Positions 1-11,800 of a stretch of 64,000 nucleotides of DNA are shown piece by piece (the first letter of the stretch is position 1; each line of letters opens with the position of its first letter). The DNA is from Saccostrea cucullata (Eukaryota). A program made the translations under genes and the position numbers. Below the pieces are notes generated by a model, which did no database searches, was not told the origin of the DNA, and was given only the letters and a program-made list of their open reading frames with translations. Location: NCBI RefSeq assembly GCF_032062105.1, contig NW_026928915.1:62001-126000 (forward strand). Direction: 5' to 3'.

Positions 1-164
1 TTTAAATTGCCCACTCATAGTCTCTTTCTGGATTTGTATTAATCTGTGTAGTACTATAATAAGGTGCTGTGTGACCCCCCCTTACAAAAAATGAAACAAA
101 TTACTGATAAAATGCTGACACATATTCGAATAGGCCTATTAAAAAAAAAGCTAATAAGCTAAAT

Positions 165-390
165 TTCGGTAGTGGATATTCTGCAGACGGATCATCATTA
201 TTTACAAAATGTGCGGAACAAATTTTTAGTTATAAAGTTTTTACGAATTAATCTAGCCTGCTTCAGCCATATTTTCTTTGTATCTCTAGGAATTTTTTGG
301 TGACTGATGACATGTCCATCTCTGAAATTGCTGCATATACAGCAGTAGTTCGTCTTCCGCGACCGATACCAAGGCACTGCGTTTTTGCTC
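165..390 (-). pseudogene. Decayed THAP zinc-finger domain, probably a DNA-transposon relic
   Basis: Minus strand reads YCCICSNFRDGHVISHQKIPRDTKKIWLKQARLIRKNF, then after a 1-nt slip in an A-run KICSAHFV...YPLP. This matches the THAP C2CH pattern (C..C, P, W, CS.HF). Confidence 0.6.
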
Positions 391-1991
391 GATTGTATGT
401 CATAACATAGAACTTTTACTTACAAGAACACATTTGGTGACAATTAAAGTCCTATTTCATTTGAATTAACAGTGTTTCTAGAATTTTTTATTTGTAAAAT
501 AATTGATTCACTATATAGTATTAAAACTTTGAATGGAATTCTAAATGAATAATTTAATCTCATGTCCTTATCTAACGAAGAAAGACTAATTAAAATAGCA
601 TTGACATGAATTCGTGTTACATATGTCGTATAAAGTCTGAGCTGCATTTAATCAAAGTTTTAGTGAAGGATCTAAGCATATGTACATGTATATTCCCGAG
701 TAAAATGCACATTTTGTTTTAGATCAGAGAATTGAGAGCAGAAACACGAAATTGATACAATAATTTCCTAGCGTATTTCTCGTTAATTAACGGAAAACAT
801 TCTTTTCTCAAGTGTTATTTATCTTTTTTAAATCCTTTCAGTGTAAGTAAATCTGTTTATTTTCATAAGTTATTCTTTTTTGCAAAGTGTGTAAAAAACA
901 ATATCAGAGAGAGAGAGACTCATGCAACCCCGTGTAACTGACATACATGTACATCTGTGAAAAAAATATATGTACCGTAATTTTATTGAAACTGGTACTG
1001 AAATAAGTAGCTTTTTCAACATTGGGCAAAGTTTTTCTTTGCTTGTCAACTTTTCCAGGTAAGAAAAAAATATTTCTTTGGCTACCCCCCCCCCCCACTT
1101 TTAAAGACGATGCTACGTGTCTGGCTAATTCGTATAGCTTTCTAGAAAGGGGGGGGGGCTAACAGACCCTTTATAAAATAATTTATTATCTTAAAAAAAT
1201 GCAAACCGTTTCCTTCTTTTAAAATTTTTAAATACAGCGTGTAAGTTGATCACTATTTTATTGGATTATCGTATTGCGTAGTCCGCGGAAGTTAGGCTAG
1301 TGTAGAAGAGTTCCGATTTTGAGGGGAGATAACTCACTTTTGAAAATGGGGAATAGGTAGATAAAATCAGCAGCTATGCTTTATTAGTTTTCTACTTTCG
1401 TTTTCAAAAAACGATCTCTTTGGATTCCGTTTTTATTGTTTGATTTGCATTTTATTGTCTTTAATTTATATTTTTAATAAAATGACAAACAACTATCTTG
1501 TTAATCTATGTGTTTCACCTTGCATACCCTTTAAAACTAACAAGATAATCCCCTAATTGCCCCAAGCTATAAGCTTCTTGCTCCAGTGGACAACTTCGTG
1601 CGTTCAAGCGTGAAGTGATTTCCTGTATCTAGGCCTAATTAACATCTGGTTAAATAAACAATGAAACTTATCTGTGTGCATTGAATAAACAAGTCTGACA
1701 TTGTTATCCCGATTGTCAAAATTCAGCGGTAGGGAATTACTTTTAAAATCGGAAATTTTGGTGATTTTTTTTTCAAATCGGGAAATAAGGGCAATTTTGC
1801 TTTCCCGATCGGGAAGGCGGGATGAAAGGGTAAAATCGGGAGGATCCCGCCTAAATCGGGAAAGTTGGCATGTATGGTATAACAAATTGAACTTGGTTGA
1901 ATAATGAAGGGATCTGGATATGTTGTTCCCTACAATATGGCGGCTAAGGGGAATAACTCCTAGATATGTCATAGGAAAAGGGTCTATATTA

Positions 1992-2102
1992 TGAAATCAT
2001 CTTCAGGTAGTGTAGATTCAAGTTTGTTCAAATCATGACCCCGGGGGGTAGGGCGGGGCCACAATCACTGATCAAATTTTTACATAGGAGTATATAGGGA
2101 AA
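1992..2102 (+). repeat. Fragment of an oyster-type satellite/HINE core repeat
   Basis: caagtttgttcaaatcatgacccc...ggggtagggcggggccacaat...tttacataggagtatatagggaaa resembles the ~166-bp Cg170-like repeat unit (recognised from memory). Confidence 0.5.
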
Positions 2103-2875
2103 AAGGGAAGAAACTGCATGCATACACGGTTTTTTTCTTCTAAATTTCATGAACAATACCTGATAAAATCTTTCAAATGCAAAAGAAATCACAAAAGATT
2201 TGATCAAATAGCACCATATATAGATAAAATGGTATTACTGAAAAATAGTTCAAAATGCGTTTTGTTTGGCAAAGGTGAGGTGGAATCATAACTTCAGCTA
2301 AACATTAAAATAAACCATCTTGTAATCATCACTTGATCGTGCATCTTGTATCGATAATGACTTTAAATGGCAAGGTTGCTTACTGCATAAATATTTAACC
2401 GAATGAAGGCGTACTTTGCTGTAAACACAAACCTTTTATATCAAGAAATCACGCTTCCATCATGGCAGCCATTCTTCATATGACGTCAATTGTGCGATGA
2501 ATTTTTTTTTTTTTTTGAAAATTAATTTAGGACTAATAAGTTTCACTGATCATTAAATTAGCAAATTCTCACAAATGCAATATTAATAAATTAATCTAAA
2601 AAGTATTTTAAAAGTTTCAACGTACTTCGGTAGAAGTCGTGTTTTTCCGGAATCACCTGCTGCATGGATATTGTATGGAAGCACATTTCAGTCTTTATGC
2701 TAATTTAGCTTTTTTATCTCAGATTGATGTAAGCTTTAAAAACATTAAAAATTTTTGTTTTTAATTTGAAACACATAAAATTTGCAACAAAGCCGTACAT
2801 CTACAACAAATGAACTTTTACATTTATTATTTCTCAACCTTGTTAATTTCATGCATGTTGTAGGATTCCATAGAA

Positions 2876-3418
2876 ATGTTATTTCGGAGGTTAATTCAAA
2901 AGACCAGAGTACATCTGTGTAAAACCATGACTTCTGCTTCTCAACCATCAGCTGCTAAACACATAAAAATGAGTGAAAAGAACAATATTGTTTGGGTTGA
3001 TCTCGAGGTAAAATCAATGTTGTGTCATTTGGGTTGCTTTCACTTTCACTTTACCTATTAGTCTGATTAGTTGACTAACTACATTGTATTATGATAACCC
3101 CCAAGGAATGACATATTGTCGCAATATATCCTTTACTGAAACAAAGCTTTTATTCAAAACAAATAAATTTAACATTATATTACACTGTCACTGTATATCT
3201 GCAATATTTCCAAATTGTGGTAAGATGTACATGCAAGCAAATTTTACCCAAGTGTTACTTAGATTTTATGTCAAATATTTTTTTTATTTGGTAAGTTATG
3301 GTGGTATCATAAAGGCAAAAGCATGAATGAGTGAATAAATCAACCAATGCTTATGATTTATTATTATAATCAAAACAAAAAGAGCACTATATACATACTA
3401 CAAAGCCCTTGATCGCCA

Positions 3419-3451
<33 letters not shown>

Positions 3452-5725
3452 TGCAAAGGGACTTGCATTATCTGTCAACTGTTACAGTGGAAATTAAATG
3501 ACTGTCAGTTTTTTTTAGGAGGTAATATCAGTAATGTTGAATATGTATCTCTACAAGAGAATATATAGAGAGTATTCTTTACTGAATATAATAATTAATA
3601 TCATTTACATAATAATTATATAATATAATATGGCTAATATTGTTTTACTATTTGTCTGTAGATGTCAGGTCTAGATGTCAATACAGAACATATTCTGGAA
3701 ATGGCGTGCATTGTGACAGATTCAGATCTTAACATCATTGCAGAGGTAGGTATTGATTAAAGTTGTGTCACATTCTACTTGCATTAATTTTTTAATCTTT
3801 TGAGTTAATTGGTAGTGCATGATCTTAAGCATATTTCTAAATCCCAACATATAAAAGAAACATGAATCGGCATTGAATATGAAATCTTGAATTTCTTTAT
3901 TTTTCTGGTGTAGTATTAAATAAAAAAAGAGAGTACATTTAATACAAGTAAATTATTATGTGTCCAGTGGCATCTACCAGTAATTTGCTCAAAAGTTGTC
4001 ACCAGATAAATCAAGTTTCATCTTTTTTTATGTTAAACTGTTTTAGTCCATCTGTCTGTCCCTCTGTAAACTTTAACAAATTTTGACTTCTACTCAAGAA
4101 CCACAGAGCCATTTTCAAACAAACTTCCTACAAAGCATCTTTTATTTACAAAAAAATAATAAAAGCAGTAATAAAAAAAAATTGCATATGGAGACTTTAA
4201 ACAGATAATGATTCAGGCTAGCATTGTGGTCCATAGAACTCTTGTTAAATCATGTATCTTGCTACTAATACATGCACTAATCATTGAAGTAAATTTTTTT
4301 AGAGTCCAGATATCATTATTCACCAGCCAGACACAGTACTGAATAACATGGGAGAATGGTGTACCAAACAGCATGGAGAAGTGAGTGATGTTCATATATC
4401 TTAAATGATACTTTAATCATTCACAAATCATTTAGCTGTCTACTGCCATAATAAATACTTATTTTATGAACTTCTTAATAATTATATTAAGTGCAGCACA
4501 CATCTATGAATTTAATACACATATCAGTATCACAAGATGCATTTCATTGTCAAGTTGCAGTTTCTTCATTTATTAAAAGTTGGAGTTGGTTTGAATATTT
4601 AAAAATGTTTTAATAGAAAAATAATGAGTGTTTTTAAATTATTATATTATGTTGCAAATACTTCTTTCTTGTTAGAAAATGTTGGCAAAGTTCTTGAATA
4701 TTAACCCCAGTTTTGTGTTTGTCAGTCAGGTCTGACAGAATCTGTGAGAAACAGTAAGATAGATCTGAAGTCAGCAGAAAACGTGATGGTAGAGTTCATC
4801 AAACCCCACATTGTCCCCTCGTCCTGTCCACTAGCTGGTAACAGTGTCCACTGTGATAAAGATTTTCTACAGAAGTACATGCCAGTCTTCATGAAACAGC
4901 TCCATTACAGAATCATAGACGTCAGCACTATCAAAGAACTCTGCAGGTATATTTGATTTGAACATATTTTTTGTACATGTATAAATTATATACAGATGGT
5001 TTGAACTCCCAGCAACATAGGAGGTTCTCAGCATTGATAGCTTCAACAGTAGGTATATTTAGTATTTCGGGCTTTATTGTATAAGCAATTTATATACCAT
5101 AATCTACATGTATGGTGCTAAAAGAACTGAGGAAATACATATTTAGTATTTTATAGTTTCTATTTTCTTCAAATGATATCTTCACAAAAGGACAGCATTC
5201 AATACCAAGGTCTGATACATATGTGTGTTATTTTTATCTCTTTCAGGAGATGGTACCCAGGAGAATTAGAGGGTGCTCCAAAGAAGAAATTAACACACAG
5301 GTACAGAATTTTATGTATGTTCTACATTGAATGGAAAATAATGAAGGGGAGGGGATAATAACCATTGCCCTCAGCTTGTCCATGTGCGTGTTAGCTGAAC
5401 TTACAAGTCCTAGGGAATGCTAGTTTTTTTTTTTTTTTGTTGGGGAAGGGGGATAAACCAATGATTATTTAATGAGAATTGTGAACTGAAGTAAGAATTT
5501 TTATCATGAAGGATATTTTGAGTTTTGCAGATACATCTCATGTTTAAAGCACAAAGGTTGAAACTTTTTGAGCATAATATAAATATTGTAAATGAAATCT
5601 CTGTAAGTATTTCATTAATCACTTAAGTAAATATGTAATTTTGATTTTTGTTTTTCAGAGCCTTAGATGATATCAGGGAAAGCATAGAGGAACTTAAATA
5701 TTACAGAAAAAGTGTATTCAAATAA
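2876..5725 (+). CDS. REXO2: Oligoribonuclease (DEDDh 3'-5' exoribonuclease), 6 exons, 211 aa
   Basis: Exons 2876-3007, 3662-3745, 4303-4380, 4726-4946, 5247-5300, 5659-5725; all GT-AG with consistent phases. Motifs [48 protein letters not shown] and [18 protein letters not shown]. Confidence 0.96.
4040..4246 (+). mobile_element. Degenerate HINE (non-autonomous Helentron-type) in a REXO2 intron
   Basis: ttttagtccatctgtctgtcc microsatellite start, core ttgacttctactcaagaaccac, and 3' end caggc...tgtggtccatagaactcttgtt. Confidence 0.5.
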
Positions 5726-5892
5726 ATCATTCACAATTTTATTTCCATTCATTTTATTCTTGGAAAAACCAGACTGTCATTTCAGATCTAACATTTTAAT
5801 CAACTTTAACAGTCACTCGGAGAGCAATTAATATTAAAAAAAAGATTAACTCATCTTTGAAACAAAACTAAAAAGATTAACTTTTAGGATTT

Positions 5893-8800
5893 TTACAGTT
5901 TACTTGTACACATACCACCCCTTGACTTTAACTTTACATGAAATAAGTCCTGAGGGAGGTCAATATCCCATTTGCCATTCGCCAGTAACTCCACCGCAAG
6001 TCTTCCTATCTCATCACTGGACTTGGCTGCATATCCATTCCCTGCAATGGCTACCCCTAGCTGGCTGTGGATTAGGTCTATGTAGGGTCTGTTGCTAGGG
6101 GCAACATCCACCACACAACTGTCACCATGGAAAGAAAGTACTTTAACTCCTGTAATAAATCAAAGTGTTTAAATATTCAGTTATTTTTTGAGTGAAATAT
6201 AGATTTTGTCTCTCAGTTGATTTGATATACAGAAAAGCATGATTTACAAACCAACAATTTCTAAAAGGAGGCGAGCAGATGAAACAAGAATATCAACTAA
6301 AAGTCCTCATTGTTCATGTTCTGATGAGTGAAAATTCTTGAAAGTGACAGTAAACAAACAAGTCAAAAAGTCATTTTGTTTTTGGAATATATTTTAAAAA
6401 TAATAACAGGCCCAAGGGCCTTAACAGTCACCTGAGTACAATGTAACACTAAAAGATTCATAGATTGAATTTATTAAAAAAAATAAAATAAACTGAGAAA
6501 TGAAGCTATGTTGCCCAAAAGCAAGAGAAAAGGGATGAGCAGGGATCAACAGTCTAATTAATTTAGTGCTCAGTAGCAAATCTTAGAGTTTATCTATTTA
6601 CTTGTCTGTACTTGCCCACATATGTTGCTATCCCCATGTGGAATAAACAAAACAAAAGTTCTTGGGCACTGTTGGTAAATCTCTCTCAATATCTGCTAGA
6701 TAAGTATATAACCTTGTATCAAGTCCTCAGTGTTGAATTTAGTTATAAACAGGTCAAGTATTAGGTCATTCTCTTTTGTGACTTAAAGATTTGAGGAAGT
6801 TTATTACCTTGACCTTGTTGATGAGATCTTGGGTCAGGGTCATGAGATGAACTGGTGTAAGCACATAAAGAAACTATTTAAAACATACTGTTTTTCACCA
6901 AATAGATATGTCCAATACCAATAGTCACACCATTTGAAAATTGCTAATCAGTGAAAGACAATAATGCCTGATAAAAAAGACGTAAAACTCACTACTAGTG
7001 TGCATTGTTGAAAAAAAAAAACAATCAAGTTTACCGACAAATGGCAGAAAGACTTTAAATTTTAAAGGTAAAAGATTAAATGTACTTAAATCTACATAAT
7101 CAAATCCACGGTTCTAGTTTATTACAGTATAAAAATATATTTTGTTCTATTTTTGTCGTTAAAGGTGTTCCAATTGTCAGACAAAATGTCAATATAGAAG
7201 AAATAAACATAATTTACAGACAAGGACGACTTCCCTGAATGGAAGTTGATAACGATTTAAATTAACGTTTAGGTTTTTTTTATGACCAAAAGAAACGATA
7301 TGCAACAAAGAGCTCTACTTTCTTTCCATACGCACTTGGCGTATCGATGATAACCCTATGCTAATACTAAATACATGTATTGTATATCACTTTTTATTCG
7401 CGATAACTTTATTTTTGTGCATTTACGCGAGACAATGAGCTCGCGAAAATCATTCTCGCGTATAAAATTATTCCTTATACGTTTATATAGGAATAACAAC
7501 AATCCGTGAAAATTAAATCTCGCTAATAAAGAGTCAACGACTATTGCGAAAATAAGGTGTCGCGAAAATTTAGTGATCTACAGTATTAGCATTGATTTAC
7601 AGTAGATGGACAATCTAGAAAACTCAGCAAAACGGAACTTGTAATCAGATATCGGTTTATAACTTTATGTGTACGATAGGCTAAGAATTTATGTATTTTT
7701 GATACTTTTAAGTCATCGACTCCAATGATATGAATTTTCATACGGTGTTGGGTTGGGGAGGGTTACACCATCGATATATATCAGGTGCCTGCGACTCTTA
7801 TCTCAAAAATTTCATATTTTATCTTTAAGTTGCGATTGTTCAATATTGGTAAATATTATATAACAATTACGCTTTAATATTCCTTTATTTGCTTTTAAAG
7901 TTTAATTACTGAGCGAAAATTGTCAGGGTTAAATTTGTATGTTCTGTATACATGTACATGTATCTATACATTTGCCCGATGTCTTTACACTCAAAAGGAA
8001 GACCGCCTTTGTTTAGTGTGTGTGTGATCTTCTGTCTCTATTTACTTAGAACGATTGGTTTATATTTAATTTCATTCCTTCACTCAAAATAGACCTAGCT
8101 TTGCAAGAAGTTATTAAAACCAGCTAAAATATCTGTTATTCATGTCATATTTGATTAAATTATGGACACTGCTTATGGTTTCAAAATTAACGCGTTTCCT
8201 TGTCAGTGTGGTGAGAATAAATGCAATGGAAACCGCCTCTCAAAATTTACGTTAAAAGTCAAAAGGTTCGTAATTTTGCATATTGTTGACAATATGATTT
8301 GTGTTAAATCATGCTTTATGTGCAATAAAATGACATTACTAATGATTGATCAAAAGTTTTAATGTGTGCAAAGCTTGCCATGCAACAGATGATGCATATC
8401 ATTAAACAAAGATTTCATGAATATTTTATTGTTACGGGATCTTGAATGACCACACTTCATTTCATAAAATTTTTCAATTGAAATACACACAAGATTAAGA
8501 AATATCTTCTTTTTTTTTAAAAAAAAAATCTTTTCAACCTTGAAATGTAATATTATCAATGTAGACCATGTCGGTAATACTTGGGTTCATTATTACTTCA
8601 AGACACAATCAAGTCAATGGTAGTTTGACTAGTATATTTATTGACGGTAATAATATAAGAAAAACCTGAAATAAAGTCATTTTAATTAATAAACATTTAC
8701 AAATCCTTACTGACTTTACTTTTAAATTACAAATATAATAAGATATAGATAAGTTATAAATATATTTACCAGGCACACTATATAAATCAGCTACTAATAT

Positions 8801-11800
8801 TAAAGGTGACTATTCCCTTCAAGGGTGTAGCGCCGAGTGTGCGTGAATATTGTTATCCGCGGGAAAGTTAGTAAAAAGTTATTAATAGAAAGAAACTAGT
8901 CAAACCGGAAATGGTCAAATACGTCACACCTAACAAACATAAACACTCACACGTGGACATTCACACATGACAACACAAACGTAAACACATAGAAATAATT
9001 AAAACATTGAAACTGAAACATTTAATTACTTACACTGGTTACATATTCCCCCCTTTTATTAAATGGCTCCTGACATTCTCTGAAATTAAATATCAGGCAA
9101 ATGTTTTAATTCAAAGTGCTGAATCAACTCAATATCTATGTACAACAAATTCAACAATCCAGCAAATAAGCATAAAATAAAATCAAACCAAATTAAATAA
9201 TCAAACACCATGTGAATCCAAAAATGCATCACCAAAACACAACTCACTGACACTGAACACCAAACCTGCCAAAAACCTTTGACACATAAGACCTCGACAT
9301 TACTGTCCAAGAATCATATCTACTGAACCAACCGATATCAAATGAATATGTTCAAATCATCTCAGATTAAACATTAAATTTCATCCATTTATATCAAATG
9401 ATGATGGGGGCTCAATAATGTTACACTGTAAAATTACAGTATCAATTGTTTATCTTTAAATAAACAACATGTATCAGTTAAATTCATTCATAGATTCATT
9501 TATTTAGAAAAATATTCACATAAGTCATAAAAAACAAAAATAAAACACTATCTTCACTTAAGAAGTCCTTGAATTCACTGAATTCACTAATCACTTAACT
9601 CCGACTGTCTATTATTTTTTTTTTTTTCTAACTTGTCCATTCACCATATCTGTCTGGCTGCTTCTTAATTCTCGTTGACCGTCGTACGGGCATAGCTTCC
9701 TGTGACACATCAGGTACACTCTCGGAAGTTGGACTTGGCTCATTTCCACTATGGCTTGAATCGTTAACCCCTGGGGACTGAAATGATAAAGAATAATTAC
9801 CATTATTGAAATCATTGTCACTTAGATTAATACCCGAATAACTATGACCTTCATCAACTACTGATGAAACATCTTGAATAGATGAGGGCTGTACAGGTTT
9901 TTCTCCCATAGATCTGGTCCTCACGACTCTTCTCACAGTCCAATCTTCTGTGTCACTCTCTGTTTCTGATGAATCTGATGAATCTTTTGTCGCTGCTGGC
10001 ACCTGTCTATCTCCACTTTCTTTCTTTGTCTGTTTCCTTCTACTGTTCTGTTGTTTATACTGTATTTCCTCCCCCTCTTGTAAACCAGAATAAGGAAGAA
10101 GCATATTCCTATGCAGAGTCCTGGTTCTGCCTGTTTTACCCTCAGCTTTCACTCTAAACACAGGAACATCGGGATTTGGCATTTCCTTAACAGTATAAAT
10201 AGTTTCCTCCCACTTGTCAGCCAACTTGTTCTTACCCTTTAGACCAACATTCCTGACCAAAACTTTATCCCCAGGCTCTAACTTTGTCTCTCTTACTTTC
10301 ATATCATACCTCTGTTTGTTCTTTAAACCTGACTTTCTTGCCTCTTGAGATGCTATTGCATAAGCTGATTTCATTCTCTGCTGCAGCTTTTCCACATATC
10401 CCCTTGGATTAACATCGCCTTCATTTCCTGGGTCTAGTCCGAGGAAAGAATCAATTGGAAGTCTTGGACTCCATCCAAACATCAAGTAATGTGGGGAAAA
10501 ACCTGTTGCATCACTCTTTGTAGCGTTATATGCCTGAACCAAGGGAGCAACATGTTGTTTCCAGTCAGTCTTCTGTTTGGGATCCAGGGTTCCGAGCATC
10601 TTCAAAAGTGTCTGGTTAAACCTTTCTGCCGATCCATTGCCCATAGGATGGTATGGTGTCGTGCGGGTTTTCTGAATTCCTAGCAGCTTACAGAGCTCCT
10701 TTATAACTTTAGACTCAAAATTCCTGCCCTGATCACTATGTAGCTTTTCCGGAAATCCATAATGTAAAAAGTAATTCTCATATAAGGCCTATGCTACACT
10801 CGACGGTATAACCTGTGTGTCTATGTGTGTATTGAATTCATATGGACCTATTCTAAATCAGCTGTGAGTGTTGTGTTGTGTTTTGAACTGGTCGACCGTT
10901 GAAAAGGTGTGTTCGTATCATTGTGATTATTCACAGGCGGATCCCGAGAGGTGAATCCGAGAACTTCCGGAACCGTGACGTCACAGATGCGCGCAGCGAA
11001 CCAATGACCGACCAAAATGGAGTCTATGAACAACGTGTTGTGAATTAGTCTGCGGAGCAAAGGTACTGTAAACAATTGTGCAAACCAATGGTCATTTTCT
11101 TGTGTTATTCTATGTGCATGTATGTCATATTTGTTTGTGCAAGTGATTGTCTTCGTCTTATGTATTGTCTGTACTGAATACTGAGGACTAGTGTAAAAAG
11201 GGAATTCCCAAGGTCTATTTTTGTTTCTATTTATAGTAAACAAATCTGTTTGTAAACTTTTGGCTGTAGTAGTGTATTTTTTTTCTTTTTCAGGTTTATA
11301 ATTGTTTGTTTTTGCAAATTATTTTTGTATTTATTTATATTTTTTTCATTGTAAGTTCAATATCTATACTTTATTTATTTATTTATTTCTAGGTTAAGCT
11401 GAAATTTTATTTAGGTGTTGGTAAATTTAGGTAGCAGAAAGCCCAGTTCACTTTCTAACCAGCATGCAACCATTGCACTAATCAATCTAATTTCTTTCAG
11501 TCCAGTTGATCAGTAGACAGACCTACGGAGCAGAGAGTTATTGTGTGTGTGTCTGTATGTATTGTGAGTGTGTTAGTGATTTTGAATTTTAGGAATTTCA
11601 TCAGATGTCTGAGATGATTATGTACAGAATTATTTAAACTGGGTATCATAAGTTGAATTAATCCATCTTTAAAGTATTCAACAGAAAACATATTACCAGG
11701 TAACTTACTAAAGAGTTGAATAAGAGATATTACATCAGTTGCTGTGGTTGTATGTTGAAGGTGTATTGATCTGTTGTTGTGTTGAGGTGCTCAGTTAAAC

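Noticed and set aside
1604-1972. 122-aa minus-strand ORF and overlapping 67-aa ORF
   Set aside because: They run across a CGGGA-rich dispersed repeat and have no recognisable domain.
9061-9627. env-like third ORF in the Gypsy element
   Set aside because: Only short low-complexity ORFs are present; consistent with an AT-rich 3' UTR.
10848-11243. 131-aa ORF in the Gypsy leader
   Set aside because: No motifs; likely a chance ORF in the inverted leader.
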